The translations under genes were made by a program, and so were the position numbers. Shown in pieces: positions 58,294-64,000 of a DNA stretch of 64,000 nucleotides (its first letter is position 1; every line of letters begins with the position of its first letter). The notes beneath the pieces were generated by a model. The model did not search any database, was not told the DNA's origin, and saw only the letters and a program-made list of their open reading frames with translations. This DNA is from an uncultured Mycobacterium sp. (GTDB lineage Bacteria; Actinomycetota; Actinomycetes; Mycobacteriales; Mycobacteriaceae). The stretch covers positions 14,575 to 78,574 of the forward strand of contig CAYTOD010000002.1 of NCBI GenBank assembly GCA_964439315.1. The letters run 5' to 3'.

Positions 58294-59283
58294 ATGGGGG
58301 TGTCCACGCAGGTATGGGTGATCACCTGCCTGGTGATCCTCGGGCTGTTCGTCTTCGACTTCTTCGCCCATGCGCGGGTGCCGCATGAACCGACCTTCCG
58401 CGAGTCCGCCCTCTGGTCGACGGTCTACATCGCGATCGCGGCCGTCTTCGGGCTCTTCCTCTGGTGGCAGTGGGGCGGGGAGTACGGCGGGGAGTATTTC
58501 GCCGGCTATGTCACCGAGAAGGCCCTGTCGGTGGACAACCTCTTCGTCTTCACCGTGATCATGGCCTCGTTCAAGGTGCCGCGGGCCTTCCAGCAGAAGC
58601 TGCTGTTGATGGGTATCGTGCTGGCGCTGATCATGCGGGCGGGGTTCATCGCCGTCGGTGCGGCCGCGATCAACGCATTCAGTTGGGTGTTCTACCTCTT
58701 CGGGGTGTTTCTCATCTACACCGCCCTGAAGCTGGCCCGGGAGAGCGGCCACGAGCGCGACGCCGAGGTCGAACGGGAAAGCCGGGTGGTGAAATTCGTC
58801 CGGCGCTTCGTGCCCACCACCGACGAGTACGACGGGGACAGGTTCGTCACCCGGGTCGACGGCGTCCGCGCCGTCACCCCGATGCTGCTGGCATTGGTCG
58901 CCATCGGTTTCACCGACCTGCTCTTCGCGCTGGATTCCATCCCGGCGATCTACGGCCTCACCGAAGAGCCCTTCATCGTGTTCACCGCCAACGCCTTTGC
59001 GCTGATGGGACTGCGGCAGTTGTACTTTCTCATCGGCGGACTGCTGGACCGGCTGGTGTACCTGTCAACCGGGTTGTCCGTCATCCTGGGATTTATCGGG
59101 GTCAAGCTCATCCTGCACGCGCTGCACAAGAACACCCTGCCGTTCCTCAACGGCGGCCGGCACGTCGACGTCCCGGAGATCACCACCGGCATGTCGATCG
59201 GGGTCATCGCGGTCGTGCTGCTGATCACCACGGTGGCCAGCCTGATCAAAACCCGTCGCAGCGTGCGGCATATCGAAAAATAA
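58294..59283 (+). CDS. terC: TerC/Alx-family metal homeostasis membrane protein
   Basis: EKALSVDNLFVF, LFALDSIP, NAFALMGLRQLYF, GFIGVKL. Confidence 0.93.
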   Translation: MGVSTQVWVITCLVILGLFVFDFFAHARVPHEPTFRESALWSTVYIAIAAVFGLFLWWQWGGEYGGEYFAGYVTEKALSVDNLFVFTVIMASFKVPRAFQQKLLLMGIVLALIMRAGFIAVGAAAINAFSWVFYLFGVFLIYTALKLARESGHERDAEVERESRVVKFVRRFVPTTDEYDGDRFVTRVDGVRAVTPMLLALVAIGFTDLLFALDSIPAIYGLTEEPFIVFTANAFALMGLRQLYFLIGGLLDRLVYLSTGLSVILGFIGVKLILHALHKNTLPFLNGGRHVDVPEITTGMSIGVIAVVLLITTVASLIKTRRSVRHIEK

Positions 59284-59286
59284 CTG

Positions 59287-59371
59287 TGTCCGAGGGGGGA
59301 CTTGAACCCCCACGCCCGTTAAAGGGCACTAGCACCTCAAGCTAGCGCGTCTGCCATTCCGCCACTCGGAC
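59287..59371 (-). tRNA. tRNA-Leu(GAG)
   Basis: GTCCGAG/CTCGGAC acceptor stem, TGGCAGAC D-loop, GCTAGC-TTGAGGT-GCTAGT anticodon arm, long variable arm, GGTTCAAGTCC; CCA not fully encoded. Confidence 0.97.
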
Positions 59372-59374
59372 CCG

Positions 59375-59399
59375 GGCGCCCTCTGCTGGAGAGGGCGCC
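59375..59399. other. Perfect 10-bp hairpin immediately 5' of the tRNA
   Basis: GGCGCCCTCT-GCTGG-AGAGGGCGCC; no U-tract. Confidence 0.6.
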
Positions 59400-59464
59400 T
59401 AAGGCTATCGGATCGTACGCATCGGCCCAAAACGGCCGGCCCAAACCGGCCCCCGCCCAGGCGG

Positions 59465-60172
59465 CTAGGCCGCCGGAAGCCGGTCGCCGACGGCCGCGGC
59501 GATCGTGGCGGCGGCGGAGGTGGGCCCCTCGAGGCTGCACGCCTCCACGTCGACGGCGACGGTGCCGCGCACCGTCAGGGCGCGCTGGCAGGACCACCGC
59601 TGGGGGCTGCGCTGCTCGCGGGACACCGACAGCATGTCGCGCTCGGCTCGGACCGGGCCCACCGACCAGACCTGGTCGGGGGCCGGAGCCTGGGCGTAGG
59701 TCAATTCCCGGTTTGCGCATCCGGACCAGCCGTCGCGGGAGCGATCGAAGAACTCGGTGGCCGCCGAAACGGTGGGGAACAGGACGACGGCCTGCACGGC
59801 GTAGTGCGACCAGGTCGCCGCCGGCGGCTCGCGCAGCACCTGCCCGCGCAGCGCGGTCCAGCCTGTTCCGTCGTACACCGACCGCTGGGCGGCGCCGGCC
59901 ACCGCGAGACAACCGGGGTCCTGGTTACCGGCCTGCAGATGACCGCTGTTCGTCCACGGCGTGGTCACCTCCCGGGTGACGACGACGTCGCTGCCGAGCG
60001 CCGGTCCGACGTCGGCCGCCGCCAACAGCAGCGTGGGGAGGGTCTCCGCCGTCGTCGGTCTGGTGGATCCAGTCTGTGAGGACGCCGTCGTCGCGGTTCC
60101 GGCGGTGGTGCTCGCGCAACCGCTGGCGGCAAGGCACATCAGTGAGACGGTCACCAGCAGCCGAGGCGTCAT
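59465..60172 (-). CDS. Lipoprotein with a standalone PknH-like extracellular sensor domain
   Basis: ATG at 60172, lipobox LAASGC, LPTLLL, C..C pairs, WSCQRAL..VDVEAC. Confidence 0.85.
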   Translation of the reverse strand: MTPRLLVTVSLMCLAASGCASTTAGTATTASSQTGSTRPTTAETLPTLLLAAADVGPALGSDVVVTREVTTPWTNSGHLQAGNQDPGCLAVAGAAQRSVYDGTGWTALRGQVLREPPAATWSHYAVQAVVLFPTVSAATEFFDRSRDGWSGCANRELTYAQAPAPDQVWSVGPVRAERDMLSVSREQRSPQRWSCQRALTVRGTVAVDVEACSLEGPTSAAATIAAAVGDRLPAA

Positions 60173-60308
60173 CGCTAAATACAACCCCATGATGCGCGTG
60201 TTGCATACGGGGATTGAGGTAAAGATGTGATAACCACCCTCGGTTCCGAGGCTCGCGGGGTCCAACGGTAGGGCCGTGGCCCGGACGGCCCAGTGGTAGG
60301 AAAGAGGC

Positions 60309-61628
60309 GTGAGCAGTCCGGTCGAGGAAGTCGTCGAACTTGTCAGTGCCCTGATCCGATTCGACACGTCCAACACCGGAGAGTTGGCCACCACCAAGGG
60401 CGAAGCGGAATGCGCCCAATGGGTGGCCGCCCGGCTCAGCGAGGCGGGCTACGAACCGGAGTACCTGGAGTCCGGCGCCCCCGGGCGCGGAAACGTCTTC
60501 GTGCGACTGCCGGGCCGGGACCGGGGCCGCGGCGCCCTGCTCATCCACGGCCACCTCGATGTCGTTCCGGCTGAGGCTGCGGACTGGAGCGTGCACCCGT
60601 TCTCGGGTGCGGTGTCCGACGGCTACGTGTGGGGCCGCGGCGCGGTCGACATGAAGGACATGTGCGGGATGATGCTGGCCGTCGCCCGCCACTTCAAGCG
60701 CGCCGGGATCGTGCCGCCGCGGGATCTGGTGTTCGCCTTCGTCGCCGACGAGGAGCATGGCGGTAAATACGGGGCGCACTGGCTGGTGAAGCATCGGCCC
60801 GACCTCTTCGAGGGTGTCACCGAAGCGATCGGCGAGGTGGGTGGATTCTCGATCACGCTGCCGCGCAGCGACGGCGGTCAACGCCGCCTGTATCTCATCG
60901 AAACCGCCGAGAAGGGCCTGCTGTGGATGCGGCTCACGGCGCGGGCCAGGGCGGGGCACGGCTCGATGGTGCACGACGACAACGCCGTCACCGCGATCGC
61001 CGAAGCCGTTGCGCGACTTGGCCGTCACCGGTTCCCGCTGGTGCTCACCGACACCGTCGCGCAGTTCCTCGCCGTCATCTCCGAGGAGACCGGCCTGACC
61101 TTCGACGCCGACGACCTCGAGGGCTCGGTGGCCAAACTCGGCCCGATGGCCCGGATGCTCGGCGCCACCCTGCGTGACACCGCCAACCCCACCATGCTCA
61201 AGGCGGGCTACAAGGCCAACGTCATTCCGGCGACCGCCGAGGCCGTGGTCGACTGCCGGGTGCTGCCGGGCCGGCAGGCGGCGTTCGAGCGCGAGATCGA
61301 CGAGCTCATCGGAACCGACGTCACCCGGGAGTGGATCTCCGAGTTGTCCTCGTATGAAACGACATTCGACGGAGACCTGGTGGACGCCATGAACGACGCG
61401 ATCCTGGCGGTCGACCCGGAGGCGCGGACCGTGCCCTATATGCTCTCCGGCGGAACCGACGCGAAAGCCTTTGCCGAACTTGGTATCCGGTGCTTCGGCT
61501 TCGCGCCGCTGCGGCTGCCGCCCGATCTCGACTTCTCGGCGCTGTTCCACGGTGTCGACGAACGGGTCCCGGTGGACGCCCTGCACTTCGGCACCCGGGT
61601 TCTCGAGCACTTCCTGACGCACTGCTGA
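60309..61628 (+). CDS. M20/M25/M40 metallo-hydrolase (Rv2141c-like)
   Basis: [36 protein letters not shown]. Confidence 0.95.
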   Translation: MSSPVEEVVELVSALIRFDTSNTGELATTKGEAECAQWVAARLSEAGYEPEYLESGAPGRGNVFVRLPGRDRGRGALLIHGHLDVVPAEAADWSVHPFSGAVSDGYVWGRGAVDMKDMCGMMLAVARHFKRAGIVPPRDLVFAFVADEEHGGKYGAHWLVKHRPDLFEGVTEAIGEVGGFSITLPRSDGGQRRLYLIETAEKGLLWMRLTARARAGHGSMVHDDNAVTAIAEAVARLGRHRFPLVLTDTVAQFLAVISEETGLTFDADDLEGSVAKLGPMARMLGATLRDTANPTMLKAGYKANVIPATAEAVVDCRVLPGRQAAFEREIDELIGTDVTREWISELSSYETTFDGDLVDAMNDAILAVDPEARTVPYMLSGGTDAKAFAELGIRCFGFAPLRLPPDLDFSALFHGVDERVPVDALHFGTRVLEHFLTHC

Positions 61629-61666
61629 CCTACCGCCGCCCCAAAACGCCAAAGAAAGGATGCCCC

Positions 61667-62197
61667 ATGGCATTTGACTACAACCCCTACGACTTTCTGC
61701 CCGAACTGCCGGGCTTCACGCTGACCAGCACCGACATCAGCGACGGCAAGCCGCTGAAGATGGCCCAGGTCAGCGGCATCATGGGCGCCGGCGGTCAGGA
61801 CCTGTCCCCGCAGCTGAGCTGGTCGGGTTTCCCCGAGGCCGCGCGCAGCTTCGCCGTCACCGTCTTCGACCCGGACGCCCCGACCGCATCGGGCTTCTGG
61901 CACTGGGCGGTCTACAACCTGCCCGACACGGTGACCGAACTGCCCACCGGCGCCGGTGACGGGTCCCTACTGCCCGGCAACGCCCAGACCCTGGTCAACG
62001 ACGCGGGTATGCGCCGCTACGTCGGTGCCGCCCCGCCGGCCGGACACGGCTACCACCGCTACTTCGTGGCTGTGCACGCCCTCGACGTCGAGGCGCTCGA
62101 CCTCGCCGAGGACGCCAGCCCCGCGTTCCTGGGCTTCAACCTCTTCATGCACGCCATCGCCAGGGCCGTCATCCACGGCACTTATGAACAGAAGTAG
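61667..62197 (+). CDS. YbhB/YbcL (PEBP-like) protein (Rv2140c-like)
   Basis: [21 protein letters not shown]; ATG after AAAGGA. Confidence 0.94.
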   Translation: MAFDYNPYDFLPELPGFTLTSTDISDGKPLKMAQVSGIMGAGGQDLSPQLSWSGFPEAARSFAVTVFDPDAPTASGFWHWAVYNLPDTVTELPTGAGDGSLLPGNAQTLVNDAGMRRYVGAAPPAGHGYHRYFVAVHALDVEALDLAEDASPAFLGFNLFMHAIARAVIHGTYEQK

Positions 62198-62213
62198 CGC
62201 AGAGCGGGAGTGG

Positions 62214-63278
62214 TTACCGCGCCGCTGAGCCCACGGCCTCGGCCAGCCCGGCGAATCCGCCGGCATGCAGCCGGGCGGCAAGCCCGTCGTGAATGTGCTT
62301 GGCCCACATCCCCCCGCCGTAGATGAAGCCGGTATAGCCCTGCAGCAGTGACGCGCCGGACACGATGCGCTGCCAGGCGTCGTCGGCTGTCTCGATCCCA
62401 CCGACACTGATCAACACCAGCCGCCCGCCGACCCGGCCATGCAACCGGCGCAGCACCTCCAGCGACCGCGCGGCCACCGGCGGCCCCGACACCCCGCCCG
62501 GCCCGAGGTCCGCGACGTGCGGGGTCCGCAGACCGGTACGCGAGATCGTGGTGTTGGTGGCGACGATTCCGGCGAGGCCCATCTCGAGGGCCAGATCCGC
62601 GACTGCGTCGACGTCGTCGTCGGACAAGTCCGGGGCGATCTTCACCAGTACCGGTCTCGTCGTCTCGGCCAGGACCGCCGCCAGGATGGGCCGCAGCGAC
62701 TCGACGGCCTGCAGGTCGCGCAGGCCGGGGGTGTTGGGGGAACTGACGTTGACCACCAGATAGGCGCACAGCGGTCCGAGCAGGCGGGCGCTGGCGGCGT
62801 AGTCCTCGGCGGCCTGTTCCGGTGGGGTCACCTTCGATTTGCCGATGTTCACCCCGATCGGGACGTCCGGGGTGTGGCGGGCCAGGCGCAGCGCCAACGC
62901 TCCTGCGCCGTGGTTGTTGAACCCCATCCGGTTGAGCAGCCCGCGATCCTCCGGTAGCCGGAAGAGTCTGGGTTCGGGATTCCCCGGCTGGGGCTGGGCG
63001 GTCACCGTCCCGATCTCGGCATATCCGAATCCCAATGCGCCCCAGGTGTTCAGGCCCAGGCCGTCCTTGTCGAAGCCGGCGGCCAGGCCGAGCGGGCCCG
63101 GGAAACGCACTCCGAACACCGTGCTGGCCAGGATCGGGTCCCGGGGTGCCAGAGCCCGGCGCAGCGGGGCGCGGGTCGCCGCCGTGGCGGTGGCGCCACG
63201 CAGCGCGCCGAACACCAGTGTGTGGATCCGTTCGGGCGGCGCCTGGAACAGGAAGCGGCGCACCGCGTCGTAGATCAC
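62214..63278 (-). CDS. pyrD: Quinone-dependent dihydroorotate dehydrogenase
   Basis: [38 protein letters not shown]. Confidence 0.97.
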   Translation of the reverse strand: MIYDAVRRFLFQAPPERIHTLVFGALRGATATAATRAPLRRALAPRDPILASTVFGVRFPGPLGLAAGFDKDGLGLNTWGALGFGYAEIGTVTAQPQPGNPEPRLFRLPEDRGLLNRMGFNNHGAGALALRLARHTPDVPIGVNIGKSKVTPPEQAAEDYAASARLLGPLCAYLVVNVSSPNTPGLRDLQAVESLRPILAAVLAETTRPVLVKIAPDLSDDDVDAVADLALEMGLAGIVATNTTISRTGLRTPHVADLGPGGVSGPPVAARSLEVLRRLHGRVGGRLVLISVGGIETADDAWQRIVSGASLLQGYTGFIYGGGMWAKHIHDGLAARLHAGGFAGLAEAVGSAAR

Positions 63279-63544
63279 AGGCCCGGCTGATCGGTCGGCT
63301 GGGCATTGAGGATGCGAGACTTCTTGCGCCGCAACAACACCCGTCTGCTGCCGTCGGTGTAGAGCCGGACCCGCGACAGTTCCCAGCCGCGGAACTCCGC
63401 TTCGATCGCCAACCGGGTCGAGGCGGTCACTCTGGTGACCTCGGGAGGCAGGCGCAGCGGAATCCACTCGTAGTCTTCGGCGTGGTCGGCGGACAGTTCG
63501 ACCTCCCACGCCGCCGGCAGCCGTCCGCGCTCAACGGCACTCAC
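63275..63544 (-). CDS. DUF5703-family small protein
   Basis: [37 protein letters not shown]. Confidence 0.88.
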   Translation of the reverse strand: MSAVERGRLPAAWEVELSADHAEDYEWIPLRLPPEVTRVTASTRLAIEAEFRGWELSRVRLYTDGSRRVLLRRKKSRILNAQPTDQPGL

Positions 63545-64000
63545 CCGGGACCGCCTGCTCCGGGGATCAGCTGCACGCCGGCCCCCGACCCCGACACCAC
63601 GTACAGGGTGCCGGTGTCGTCGTCGAAGGCCAGGGTGTCCGGTTGCTGCACGGTCGGGTAGCGCACCTTCTCTACGGGGATGCCGGTAGCCAGATCGTAG
63701 CCAACGACGGTGTTCGTCGCGGTCTGCGAAACCCAGGCCAGCCGGCGGGATCCGGCCACGCCATAGGGGGCGTCCGGCACGGGGTAGGCCTGCCGTTCGA
63801 TCAGCGGGTCGGCGGTGAACACGAGCAGTTGGCCGCCTCGGGTGTCGCTGACCAGTACCCGTCCCGCGGAGTCGGCGGCGATGGAGGTGGCGCCGAGTCC
63901 GGCCCGCAAGGCCTGCTCGGGCGCGCCCTCGGCGTTCAGGGCCGTCACCGAGGTCTGGGCCCGGTCCAGGACGACGGCCGTGTTGCCCTGGGTGACGATC
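63541..64000 (-). CDS. lppL: LppL-like beta-propeller lipoprotein, 5' end outside window (Rv2138-like)
   Basis: IVTQGNTAVVLDRAQTSVT..ALRAGLGAT..YDLATGIPVEK..TVQQPD; synteny with pyrD. Confidence 0.85.
   Translation of the reverse strand, partial: IVTQGNTAVVLDRAQTSVTALNAEGAPEQALRAGLGATSIAADSAGRVLVSDTRGGQLLVFTADPLIERQAYPVPDAPYGVAGSRRLAWVSQTATNTVVGYDLATGIPVEKVRYPTVQQPDTLAFDDDTGTLYVVSGSGAGVQLIPGAGGPG

Noticed and set aside
50641-59300. Integrative genomic island with att sites at tRNA-Leu
   Set aside because: No integrase, and I found no duplicate of the tRNA 3' end at the left boundary. Base composition looks like the flanks by eye (not computed).

Overview
High-GC mycobacterial chromosome segment, probably a rapid-growing Mycolicibacterium-type organism (inference). 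Gene order matches M. tuberculosis H37Rv Rv2201 to Rv2138 as recalled from established knowledge. Left to right: asnB (partial); cytochrome bcc-aa3 supercomplex genes (ctaC, ctaF, qcrB, qcrA, qcrC, ctaE); trpD; a DEDD/GIY-YIG nuclease; ripC; a lipoglycan/lipid block (pimB', two SRPBCC genes, an ArsA/Get3-like ATPase, an acyltransferase, mptC, mptA, idsA2, lppM); aroG and pknL; the complete dcw cluster (mraZ to ftsZ, then pgeF, yggS, sepF, yggT, wag31); an accessory block between wag31 and tRNA-Leu(GAG) with a group 3b [NiFe]-hydrogenase operon, a GATase, DUF2784 and TerC; then an M20 peptidase, YbhB, pyrD and lppL (partial). No CRISPR, transposase or integrase was seen. About 85% of the window is conserved core genome, and I cannot claim a clearly new system. 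The best leads are: (1) the hydrogenase operon with a DosR-like box and no adjacent hyp genes; (2) back-to-back PafBC-type promoters that would also drive a small four-cysteine protein; (3) the SRPBCC/Get3-like ATPase/acyltransferase module inside the PIM/LM/LAM cluster; (4) a pervasive pattern of short tandem duplications, both in-frame inside essential genes (murD, murE, qcrC) and as copies of gene 3' ends. A few anomalies (MurD P-loop G to R, QcrB His-Lys, a G12 run) may be sequencing errors. Start codons were refined by eye and are approximate.
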